A stretch of 64,000 bases of DNA. Origin: Clostridiales bacterium (GTDB lineage: Bacteria; Bacillota; Clostridia; Christensenellales; DTU072). The notes beneath the pieces are model-generated. The model was not told the origin of the DNA and searched no databases. It saw only the letters and a list, made by a program, of their open reading frames with translations. The position numbers and the translations under genes were made by a program. The stretch covers positions 10,728 to 74,727 of the forward strand of contig JAAZJD010000004.1 in NCBI GenBank assembly GCA_012800525.1, written 5' to 3'. Below are positions 11,801 to 18,822 of this stretch, piece after piece. The first letter of the stretch is position 1, and the number at the start of each line of letters is the position of its first letter.

Positions 11801-14800
11801 TTCCAATTATAATGCTTTCTACTTCTTTTTCTACAACATTAATTTCAAATTGAACCGTTTTTCCTAAATAATATATTGTAACATTTCTCTCATTTAATGT
11901 AGCATCTGTCTTATCGTATCCATTAGGATTGTTTTCACTTTTTTGTATATGAGAAAGCTCAAGTTTAACAAAACTTCTTTTTTCTGTAGATTGACCATGT
12001 CCTTCACCTACAGCTCCTTCAGCCCTATACACTGCTATAAAATATGTGTCATCAATTATTAAATCACCACCAGCAATGGCTTGAATTTTATCAATATTTT
12101 CTTCGTCTATTTCTATAGCATAAAGAACTGAACTTTTAACGATAACATGAATGCCTAGCTCTTTACCTTTATATAGTAACTTGACAAACTGCTCACCAGG
12201 ACCTTGTTCTTTTTGATAATCTAAAACTTGAGTTATATGATTTTTAGCTATGCTATAAGGCTCTGATCTAGAGTCACCACCAGTTTCAAGTTCAATTATC
12301 TTAAGATGGTCAAAGCTTGTTGCTAACCCACCAGCCCCAGTTAGCTCTGCATATAAATTCATAAAGTCAATTTCTTGTCCCTCTGTAACATAAACTGTTG
12401 GCATTTCGTTATACCAAGCAACATTAGTATTAGCCTCTACATCCCACTTAACTTCTTGAATCGTTTGCTCAACCACTGTAACGGTGTAAAAAACAAACAC
12501 ATCTGCATCAAAAAGATAGCTAATCTTTATATCTATATCAGTGCCAGTTGGAACATTTAATGGTACCCTTGCAAAATCAAATTCACTGTTATTCAAATCA
12601 ATTTCTTCTGTAGTACCATTTGAATATATCTTTATTATTCTAAGTCCAAAATAAACAAATTCCTCTGTTGCTCCTACAATTTCACTTCGAGTATATTCTC
12701 GCATCCTTGGTTCAGAGCCTTGAGGAATCGCTAAAGCTACAACTTCTTTTTCTATGACATTTACCGTATAACCATGCCCAACTATTTGACTAGACGCATC
12801 TGCATCAAAAGGATATGTAATTGAAACCAGCCTATTTCCAAGCGTTGTATCTTCTTTTCTATATGAAAGCATCTCCTTTGTAAGTTTTATATTTTCAAAT
12901 TCATTAGAACCTTCAAACTTTATTTCTATATATAGATTATCTAAATTAACATCTAAACCTTCTATAACATCACCAAAAGCATTTCCTCTTGGCTCAGAAA
13001 TAAATTCATTTTCTTCATTATAACCTTGATAGAATAGGTATCCAATTTCAATTGGTGTTTTAATTACAGTGACTGGTATAGGGATGGGATCAATCATGCC
13101 ACTATGATTTAAATAAACAACTACAGCACCTTCATTAACAAATGAAAGCCCAAATTCTTCACTTTGTCCTTCTATTGAAAAGTAAAAACCTTCATTTGTA
13201 ATAGCTAAACCTTGCCTAGTTATTTCCGTCGTTGTATCACTTGCATACTTAAATTTTATTGACATATTTGAATAATTAAACTCTTCATTAATAAAATATG
13301 TAAGCTTTGGATCATTAGTTATTTCAATTTCTGGGATTTTATTTTTTATTTCTATATCAATTTCTACACTTCCAGAAATATTATTATAATCTGAATCAAC
13401 GTAAGTTATAGTCGCCTGTGAATTGCCGGAAATAGAAGAATCAAAAGTAATCATGTCTGAGGTAACTTGAATCTCTTGGCTCCCTTCGACATTTTTATAA
13501 AGCCCGTTTTTATATTTTACCTTGATTTTTGTGTCCTTAGGATCTACGGTAACATCTCCGTAGTATGCTTCTAGCATTGGGGCGCCAACTAATTCAATTG
13601 TATCAATCGCCATGGGTTTAATTTCCATTTCCCCAACATAAGTAATAGTGCTGTCTGCTGAGAGCTCAGCAACAATTTGATACTGCCCTGCTTGAGCAAA
13701 TGTAACTGTAGCTAAATCTGAAAATTTATGAAGCACATTATCTTTGCGATAAGAAATTTCTATATTTTCTGCAACTGCATTTAACTCTGAAACATTGCCA
13801 CTGTTATATACATAGCAAAACGTCCAAAACTTGTAATTTATGACAGTGTCTACATACAAATTAGTAGGAACATTAAGATTGATACTCGATACCACTTCAG
13901 GTATAACTGTTACTTTAATTGGAATTTTTCTTTTTAGAACTATGCCACTGTATTTTATTTGTAAATAAGAAGTTTGTGTTATAAAACTTTGATCGTTATA
14001 CTCTGTTATAACATATCTTTCTGGCGATTCAGCAAGTGCTATAGTTTCATATGTTTGCTCATCGTTGTATTCAATTTGAATTTTGTAATTTCCAAAATCA
14101 AATTCGGAGTTTTGCACTTGAGTCAAACTTAAAGATTCGCCAATGGAATTATTTGCAGCATCTAAGAACTTATATTCTTTTACATTTCTTTCCCTTACTT
14201 TTATTGCAAACCTAGTTTCATGATTTACATCATTTTGCTCATCATAATATGTTAGATTAATAAATGTACTTTCACTTGCAACCAAACTATTCCACGTATA
14301 TGAAAGATTTTCAATTAGTGTATTAGAATCATCTTCTCTAACAAAATTCACTTTATCTGTATAGCGGTTATTGTACTTAACAAGCAACACTCCTCCATCA
14401 AAGCTTGGAGTATCTGCACCTAAAAAATATGTTGTAATTCTCGGAGACTGAAAAACTTCAATAGATTGAATTTCCTTTTTTGAAACAGTGACTTGAACGT
14501 TTAAAAAATGGTCTTTATAATCACCAGAAGCAAAGTTTTCCCTATACTTAACAACAAGCGCTTGAGTGCCAACTAAATTTTTATCAAATCCTGTTACCAT
14601 ATGATTTTCAAGAGGAATTCTTTCTACTTGTTCATTTTCATATGCAACAACCAACTCTGCACCTCTTGGGTTAAAGTTTTGTCCTTCAATATAATTGACG
14701 TTTTCTGGTTTTAAATCAATATTTATTGTGGCAATTCTTGGCTTATTAACAACGACCTTGTAAGCAACTGATTTTCCTTTGTATGAAACTATTACATACT

Positions 14801-15059
14801 GTTCGCCTAACTTATTTGGGTCATATGAAGAAATCATGCTTGAATCAATCATAACCTTTTCCTCAGTCCCATTTTGATATCTAATGATAAGTGAAGAACC
14901 TTCAAAAGCCAAAGGATCGCCTTGGTTGTATTCTGATTGACCAAAAGAAACTAATTGTAATGCATCAATTTTTGCTTCAGACTGACAAGCAAATAAAAGC
15001 AAGCTTGTAGCTACAATAAAAATTATTATTATAAGAGTTAGCAGTGTTTTTTTCTTCAT
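2838..15059 (-). CDS. giant surface lipoprotein (4073 aa) with Ig-like repeats, MBG-like modules and LamG-like C-terminal region
   Basis: Uninterrupted 12,222-nt ORF. The N-terminus MKKKTLLTLIIIIFIVATSLLLFAC-QSE is a signal peptide plus lipobox Cys. About 90-100-aa repeats end in ...G.Q.V.V.Y.GK...F.V.V (bacterial Ig-like, group-3 type by recognition). Central modules start IYIKV..K...YG(D/S) or contain K.YDG (MBG-like). C-terminal segments resemble LamG/ConA-like jelly rolls (MMIYVDIDNS, ILLYEDGSLIYKS). Confidence 0.85.
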   Translation of the reverse strand: MKKKTLLTLIIIIFIVATSLLLFACQSEAKIDALQLVSFGQSEYNQGDPLAFEGSSLIIRYQNGTEEKVMIDSSMISSYDPNKLGEQYVIVSYKGKSVAYKVVVNKPRIATINIDLKPENVNYIEGQNFNPRGAELVVAYENEQVERIPLENHMVTGFDKNLVGTQALVVKYRENFASGDYKDHFLNVQVTVSKKEIQSIEVFQSPRITTYFLGADTPSFDGGVLLVKYNNRYTDKVNFVREDDSNTLIENLSYTWNSLVASESTFINLTYYDEQNDVNHETRFAIKVRERNVKEYKFLDAANNSIGESLSLTQVQNSEFDFGNYKIQIEYNDEQTYETIALAESPERYVITEYNDQSFITQTSYLQIKYSGIVLKRKIPIKVTVIPEVVSSINLNVPTNLYVDTVINYKFWTFCYVYNSGNVSELNAVAENIEISYRKDNVLHKFSDLATVTFAQAGQYQIVAELSADSTITYVGEMEIKPMAIDTIELVGAPMLEAYYGDVTVDPKDTKIKVKYKNGLYKNVEGSQEIQVTSDMITFDSSISGNSQATITYVDSDYNNISGSVEIDIEIKNKIPEIEITNDPKLTYFINEEFNYSNMSIKFKYASDTTTEITRQGLAITNEGFYFSIEGQSEEFGLSFVNEGAVVVYLNHSGMIDPIPIPVTVIKTPIEIGYLFYQGYNEENEFISEPRGNAFGDVIEGLDVNLDNLYIEIKFEGSNEFENIKLTKEMLSYRKEDTTLGNRLVSITYPFDADASSQIVGHGYTVNVIEKEVVALAIPQGSEPRMREYTRSEIVGATEEFVYFGLRIIKIYSNGTTEEIDLNNSEFDFARVPLNVPTGTDIDIKISYLFDADVFVFYTVTVVEQTIQEVKWDVEANTNVAWYNEMPTVYVTEGQEIDFMNLYAELTGAGGLATSFDHLKIIELETGGDSRSEPYSIAKNHITQVLDYQKEQGPGEQFVKLLYKGKELGIHVIVKSSVLYAIEIDEENIDKIQAIAGGDLIIDDTYFIAVYRAEGAVGEGHGQSTEKRSFVKLELSHIQKSENNPNGYDKTDATLNERNVTIYYLGKTVQFEINVVEKEVESIIIGSLFKNAFVEGEPFSYVSADNPSVYPTLQVNYTNGQTNGIVHHEEGEDIIVFPTVYELVQEGSLVIDYSSFDSSDFDGAPKTQTIKLVYTSTYGVATYSYNVVVYNKKTALFGITIPYPSGKNSFIYGEASEPTFSVTGYSAVLTADGLEDNSSPADTTLTKGSLHSGNVESGFYYVFYIPSHIFVSTDLVYQTLFDKELTENNLLHSPSTQCIALREYTKFPANVGTYKIVVRSFGDAVHNSFIYDYRNRTDIKDLVILQREIYIKVAAKSQIYGDSTPQGMLIELRTSPTASILDNPMEVFAEQDRALGFRALGFTGTNVQIDKTLVQIANKNGGVLDDSDTYDCFDITYATPQGPKRALAFNEAVANYTVTINPVLENPNYNLIYIQSSFNVIRRKVNVYPKIMSGVLPTWQHGQPRPSIEYDTSKLSEQEAADAGVLVDDTGLLYGDVLDGRLGAKLNLEEDILSQLSEKAADDPDNVIGYTQITNGTLTNNANRNYEIILKNHAMGTGDEVLVKYLKRTIYIKVKSQVRVYGSSWQSSNLNLIFTKQAAGDTTEEDAFAPISGNQRETLSDIGTLKYSYYQISPLTYQETLIPGITSNLQVGSVAIYLSIDQQGEKFELYDVQFVKGEVKTTKRSVLIVPLDTTKTFGDNDPDFAFETKPVDGESQSGLLPIDNLLGEGKLARAAGEGVGRYKILLGTLAQNNSNYHLILGKNATTNVDSVLTIETKKIYVGFSSELSKEYDGLEGSISKSSMNLYSKDSNNNYIEENDFDKNKVSLLLRQKSKNVGSYDIEVSSFDPNYQIFLRDTAVSYKINQRAVEVQLLNGENLVENNSSLEYATGGYTLHFSVKPEQLAMVYDENGEPILEGGQPKLDVVSVQLTATVNGEQILGSTITDIGAYTLTPISTLSNNNYKLIEPIETYHIQIVAKTLFVKLKNANVETHLVSREYNGRPIEIMPQDYDVIPYVAPSLRPTLSLGIIGESEPPRNVLIDLNGDILSYDIGIIQNSNNPNYIYELYYQDYEYQIIPKVVVLQISSNNLQQSYNGMTPFIREFNITGAVQGEVLNNENIHFSFTREANDNRANSDSGRYQVAASSLNPNYSINLHQDYVFTILPTTSIIRLNKTNIYDPLKRELMLDEPELPFLLETDFIFNETNPPKIRNFVGETSKTDHVEKLSFLTNGVSRVRSAFFALNMQSSKEALENGINIFKTAIDEMLNSDKTAIKYASDFGDISGLLFNNLDTLASRIDEISAIYNSGYTAMKQKFDELLSFVNILSSTMDQENNYISFTFNEADWPEGDFVVNQILNFEFESHGYNTVYIWEQNSFVTIIKRHLLLKVQDIEKKYGEIQEEAQINVIYQIFDSKGSLITSGVSLIGHPSVLNFNRNCGTYNISIDQMIVDNLGSYLISLHPETTNPKFRIVKNKITVVMLDVGIEGDLIYGTTIATSTINSYRLLDIFEEVDKTTAIDFYKAYYGTPETPSDAQLLEFFGRPYFGDKIGSSYTNSVINTSSAVHHLYLESEYEEGIYNDKLGLSNLDSDDYIICAENYFSTNYEVRILSGLLRISRATANLEVQAGNNISRKYSETFKFTFHFPSLPLGVSADLMLNKLDNVTGDLTPIGLISESSNIFIDLNQTTNPELTDLHTKVSVDLSDYKLYLTNMYEGSEIVTKNYKFSFDISGYSVQITPKEIYLTITDMSDKQNMVVEYGTFDNPLGHAGSNNNNYKITYEGFASWDIETLNPSVDLQPGEANAPKFNLYSVASTIPKVISISDMTWDALVSHNVLENYTAIVVEGSTLVTNKKQVQIEIDPDKLKTAFKFYTYSPLSGTCTFSNMMIYPYLSETVALYNETPGSEKLEYESYKIIGGTYGPMDFRFKDGSQAAYQEQLHSSISDVLHRGEFNLNIVPYVGSNPPDVAVGSDTRKTIREVNKKETLFNHKITVAKIATGWRVTVSNFSPTSNYTVDNQVVEFSDAEVKYVYQVIDIVPSKKNIFYNTNYSDWQTGNRFPFYVFDTSVSQQTYNQYLSNGFENYNISEDYTFNLGNKPYPNNLITIQSSPSPNALNTMYSVLLKYTSAEHFDDGVNLVSTADYADYFKVTSTTEGNPVTVASNKRQEHLANKFEKQKSLPLIFKEQQSLTMQDMELKEYVNSDVPYGFERLEHAYEGLNSSYDTYNEAYDFVNSLAIMKVYDKLSISFRAKKIDEYKTSTSLAFVLSHTSTGASGDSVQYPEYQRTEKHSVLMFRMNSNSNLNSTSKYYLDNGIQAFSLEFLVYYEVSNGQIEIVEAFSSSPVDAPTIFDGYLHTFNFFHDKANMMIYVDIDNSHSSVISLNSLAYQGIGASGEVIFNILESIEPQVAYPGPVKIGVLSANLDIDIRRMSSANQGFYEVSGSKLILSSNFKYVTKNVSMPYANVIDLGLISQDVVLKYYLNGIEQSSGLTAFDLLLGSNKLEVYAYYQDDLIDRLITYAYYYPATYPEMYKFADYRVIYTKDLGSTESITIGANSFYFDGDTTLGKSQTMLDGRYDNFMNFLIGQNGENGYTPLIYYYDNPEDIEGTKVLINGKPEFVTPAFNVIEPMRGDIYADPYGYNEAPGQDTGRLFKFEPFDTNIKSVSMTFKLFETLNLISADGSRELLDSDSGTPGEYDGGFQVVKELTKVAMRLFYNSSANRSILITNQLENPGIYYEEGLGNLTLIHGVTFAANKDYRISLLKDTTGTSILLYEDGSLIYKSPLDINKMSLMGNKFETKLVFGRAIIKDVAFNYTHDLNQDRLIKHGLNFINALEETEFDASVTPQEIEEFRQIPERNILESGYANLKYKYDNAGASAKSIISIFSPVNEHNLTFEISNSSLDFTYKGESSNSVVQSEAISLSKNTEYAIKISIGEQTTVDSGLLPIGLVNVSSGPVDCVPVYFEINGDKHTFYMPDKGVEQSSWIEKYAYSNASCYVMKMTFDGLVATVSDFGMYRQRNFDFVGYTLSNMPLNELP

Positions 15060-15410
15060 TATGTTTTATCACACTATAATGTATTTAAAATGTTATATTA
15101 CATATAAAATATTATATAACAGGCATAAATATTATACAACCTAGAAGTTATACTGCTATACTTTTTTCTAATTTATTCTTTAGGTTTCAACTATTATTCA
15201 AATAAAGTTAAAAATACATCATAATTTAACCCTCACAGTTTAATTGATACAAAAATTAAAAACTTCAAAATAACTGCACATAATGAAATTATACTCTAAG
15301 CAATATGCAACTGAAATCTAAATTAAAAAGCCGACACTACAGGTAACTGTGTTATATTTTAAGCAATATCCCAAACAGTCTTTTGGCTAACACATTTTTG
15401 GCTTTAAATT

Positions 15411-15441
15411 AAAAAAGCTGTTAAAATTTTTATTAACAGCC
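15411..15441 (-). terminator. rho-independent terminator of the 463-aa gene
   Basis: On the minus strand: GCTGTTAA-N8-TTAACAGC followed by TTTTTT (plus-strand stems at 15417-15424 and 15433-15440), 30 nt after the stop codon. A near-identical element recurs at 34152-34180. Confidence 0.75.
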
Positions 15442-15470
15442 CTTTTACCAATTTAATATTCAGTGGAGTT

Positions 15471-16862
15471 TTATGATGCACTTCTAACTAATGATAACAC
15501 ATAGTCTAAATGCTCTCTAATTCCAAGCTTTTTAGTTGCTGCTTCAACAGATATTCCTTTCATGTCAGCAATATATAAAATCATCTCAGTTAAAAACTCA
15601 TAATTTGGATAAGCAAAACCAAGCATATTCATAATGTAATCGTATGAATAGCCAGTTCTATTTGATATCATAAAAACAACATCTTTAATAAGCTCACGTT
15701 TTTCATAAGAATCCATAAATTCAATTTGCAAATTGTCAATTGTTTCATCAAAAACTTGTTTTTTGTTAATTGCTAAATCAACTATAACCTTAACTAGCAT
15801 CTCGTATTTGAAAGCTTTTCTTAAGCCCATTTTACGTACAATTTTCTTAAATTTAAAACCACCCCTTTCATTGACTTCTGCTATAATTCTATGCATAACA
15901 TCATTAGGAACACTAGATAGACTATAATACCCATAATCAATTAAGACATTTTCCATTACCGTTGAAAAACTATCACTTTTCCCAACCGCAAAAAAGTCAG
16001 CAGGCAATAATCTTGGGCCTTTAGCATGAGCATCATCTAAAAGCTTGTATGCTGCCTCTTCGCCACCAGCAAGTTGCATTAAAGCATTAAGGCTTATAAT
16101 ATCATTTGGACGATATGAGCTATATGGATAGTCAAATCCTTCGCAAAGATTATTAGCTGAAGGTTGTGAATGGATTATTGCTATACTTTCTGCAATTTGA
16201 CTAGGTTCTTTCATTTTCTTGTCTCTAGTATCAGTACCAAAGACATATCCAGCACCTTTATACAATCCATTATAGTACTCTGAATAGAGGGTGTTTATAT
16301 TTGCAAGAAATCTCTTATATGAAACTGGATTTTGATCATAACTTGCTAAGATCATATATGCCCTATCATTTGTAAGTGAATATGCCAAAATTTCGATAGG
16401 AAAATATCCTAGCATATTTTTCATACAATTTACATAATATGCTTTATTTCCTTGTGTCGGGAAAGCAGTCATTTTTCTTCTTGAATCTACAGCAACCCTA
16501 TAAATACGTGGTTTTGTTGTATTACGTGCATAAACGACATCTGGCAAAATGATTTTTTTCTTGCGCTTTCTTCTTTTAACACCATATTTTTTTGCACCGC
16601 GCTTCAAAATATTAGTATCCCCATGCTCAACAGCAACAGTATCAGAAGCTGCGGCTAATGTAACGTCTGCTTCCTTAACCTTTGGTGCAGCTTCGGTTTT
16701 TTCAGATTCGGTTCCAGTCGGTTTGGAAATTTCTTCATTTTTAGCTACATTATCAGTGCTTTGATCTGCTACAGATTCAGCATTGTGAGCCCCTTCCTCA
16801 GCATTATTTTGCTTATTTTCGTTTTCTTGGATGTCATCTTTTTTCTTTTTTGACATAATCAT
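15471..16862 (-). CDS. IS200/RayT-like (HUH-Y1 transposase fold) domain protein with degenerate catalytic motifs, an acidic/basic N-terminal tail and an unknown C-terminal domain
   Basis: 463 aa. The core aligns by eye to the COG1943/PF01797 pattern. AYSLTNDRAYMIL corresponds to AYCLMxNHxHLL, GYVFGTDTRD to GHLFQxRYxS, and IIHSQPSANNLCEGFDYPYSSY to YIHxNPVxAxLVxxPxxYxWSSY. The HUH histidines and the RY tyrosine are replaced. The N-terminal ~120 aa are low-complexity (E/K/A-rich, KRRKRKKK). Confidence 0.6.
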   Translation of the reverse strand: MIMSKKKKDDIQENENKQNNAEEGAHNAESVADQSTDNVAKNEEISKPTGTESEKTEAAPKVKEADVTLAAASDTVAVEHGDTNILKRGAKKYGVKRRKRKKKIILPDVVYARNTTKPRIYRVAVDSRRKMTAFPTQGNKAYYVNCMKNMLGYFPIEILAYSLTNDRAYMILASYDQNPVSYKRFLANINTLYSEYYNGLYKGAGYVFGTDTRDKKMKEPSQIAESIAIIHSQPSANNLCEGFDYPYSSYRPNDIISLNALMQLAGGEEAAYKLLDDAHAKGPRLLPADFFAVGKSDSFSTVMENVLIDYGYYSLSSVPNDVMHRIIAEVNERGGFKFKKIVRKMGLRKAFKYEMLVKVIVDLAINKKQVFDETIDNLQIEFMDSYEKRELIKDVVFMISNRTGYSYDYIMNMLGFAYPNYEFLTEMILYIADMKGISVEAATKKLGIREHLDYVLSLVRSAS

Positions 16863-16962
16863 CCTCCACGTAGTGCTTTGTATAATTATAGCATTACAAA
16901 CTACAATATGTTAATAGCTTAAGACTAGACATTAAATTTATAACATCTAGTCTTTAGAATTT

Positions 16963-18693
16963 TTATTCTTCAGTTGTTTCTTTATTTTCTCTTACAGCTT
17001 CTTCAATTTTTTCTGAAGCTTCTACTTTACCTTGCAAACGAATTTCTTGAACTTTAGCCATTGTTTCTTCGTCTAAATATTTATTCATGGCATCAATATC
17101 GCCAGCATAATCTAAAACAAGAGTAGGATCTACCGTAACTTTTCTTGCCATTACTTCTGCAATTGCTTCTTTTTGTTTCTTTTCGGTAAATGTATAGAAA
17201 AACATTGGCACTACACATGCAAACATGCTTACAACACCCGAAAGAACAAGCATATCCCATAATTTCTTTAAACCTTCATCTGTCATTGAACCTGCTGGGT
17301 TAGCTGGTGAAATTCCTGACATACCGTAAGCAATGACACCAATAAAAGCACCTACTGCCATACCAATTTTATTAATTAGTGTTTGCATTGCAAAACAAAT
17401 ACCCTCTGCTCTTTCGCCAGTTTTCCATTCTAGATAGTCAACAGTATCACCTATTAAAGCGTAAGTCATAATATTTGAAAAACCTTGTGGAATTCCAAGT
17501 ATAATCATTGCTATTACAGCAACCACCATTCCGCCAGTTGTTTGCCAGCCTACCAAATACATTACTAACATAGCAACAGCACCGAGTAAATGCGAACCAA
17601 TAAATGTCCATTTTTTGCTAAATCTCTTGGTAAACCAAGGAACTAAAACAGAAGCAATAACTCCACCTGGTATGACAAGCATTGTTAATAGCCCAAATAA
17701 ACCCTCATTTCTTAAAGCATATTTGCAAAAATATAGACCGCCAGTATACATATATACCATACGTGCAGCACCCAAAACACCAGAGATAACAATCAACATT
17801 AATTGATCATTTTTAAATAGAAGCTTGATATTATGCCCAAAACTTGCAGGTTTATCTGTTGTTTGGAATCTTTCTTTAGTATTTTTAAAGCCATAGAAAA
17901 ACATCGGTAAAGCTATGAGAACTATAACAAGTGTGCATATAAAATATGTCCAACGCAAAGTTGCAGCATTTTGTGCAGCAAACTCAGGTAATACTAAGTT
18001 AATATGCGATGCATCAATCACACCAATTCCCTCTATAGTTTGTCCAATATGCCCTGAATTAATTTTATATCTCTTTGTTACTGCGTCTGTTATGGCTGGA
18101 ATTAATACCGTTACAAGGCCAGCTCCACCTGTACATGCAAGTCTAGCTACAGTTAAAAACTTTCCTCTTTTTTCAGTATCATTTTCCATAGCTGTTGATA
18201 GTGCCCAATAAGGGACATCAGCAATTGTATATACAACACTCCATGTAACATAAATAAATGACAACACTAAAAAACTTGCTAAATTCGTCTTATAGAAAGG
18301 CAAAAAACATAGCAATGTCATAACTCCTATTGGAACTGCCATCCATTTGAGATATGGCCTACATTTCCCCCATTTAGTACGTGTCTTATCAACTATTGAA
18401 CCCATAATTGGATCATTCAAAGCATCAAAAATTCTTGTTGCTAACATCAAATATGCAACTGCCATAACACCAGTTGTTGCTCCGATTGTGGCATTCAAAT
18501 CAAAACCCAATGCATCGGTCATAAAAATTGTCAAATATGAACCTATCATTGTACAAATTAAGTTTTGACCAAAACCAGTTATACTATAGGCAATTGCTTC
18601 CTTAGGTTGTAAACCTGTCCCAGGGGTTGTTCCAAAAAGCTTATGAGCAAATTCGCTCAATTTCCCCTTAAATGCTGTTGCTTTTGTTGTCAT
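16963..18693 (-). CDS. glycoside-pentoside-hexuronide (GPH) family sugar:cation symporter
   Basis: 576 aa, about 12 TM segments. Carries the GPH signature DALNDPIMGSIVDKTRTKWGKCRPYL in loop 2-3. A hydrophilic C-terminal tail of ~90 aa is longer than in typical MelB/YicJ-like proteins. Confidence 0.9.
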   Translation of the reverse strand: MTTKATAFKGKLSEFAHKLFGTTPGTGLQPKEAIAYSITGFGQNLICTMIGSYLTIFMTDALGFDLNATIGATTGVMAVAYLMLATRIFDALNDPIMGSIVDKTRTKWGKCRPYLKWMAVPIGVMTLLCFLPFYKTNLASFLVLSFIYVTWSVVYTIADVPYWALSTAMENDTEKRGKFLTVARLACTGGAGLVTVLIPAITDAVTKRYKINSGHIGQTIEGIGVIDASHINLVLPEFAAQNAATLRWTYFICTLVIVLIALPMFFYGFKNTKERFQTTDKPASFGHNIKLLFKNDQLMLIVISGVLGAARMVYMYTGGLYFCKYALRNEGLFGLLTMLVIPGGVIASVLVPWFTKRFSKKWTFIGSHLLGAVAMLVMYLVGWQTTGGMVVAVIAMIILGIPQGFSNIMTYALIGDTVDYLEWKTGERAEGICFAMQTLINKIGMAVGAFIGVIAYGMSGISPANPAGSMTDEGLKKLWDMLVLSGVVSMFACVVPMFFYTFTEKKQKEAIAEVMARKVTVDPTLVLDYAGDIDAMNKYLDEETMAKVQEIRLQGKVEASEKIEEAVRENKETTEE

Positions 18694-18822
18694 TTTCCCT
18701 CCTATTATGACTATTAATTTTTTTATATTACACGTTATATTTTTAACATGTTATTCTTATTTTACAACTTAAATATACTAACACTAAATCATCTATTTTT
18801 TCAAGGTATATTCAATATAATT

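Noticed and set aside
2838-15059. Alternative genetic code (UGA = Trp, as in many Mollicutes)
   Set aside because: The 4073-, 1982-, 1283- and 1032-codon ORFs are open under the standard code, with Trp encoded by TGG. At least one gene (res, 41818-41820) ends at TGA. There is no sign of in-frame TGA read-through.
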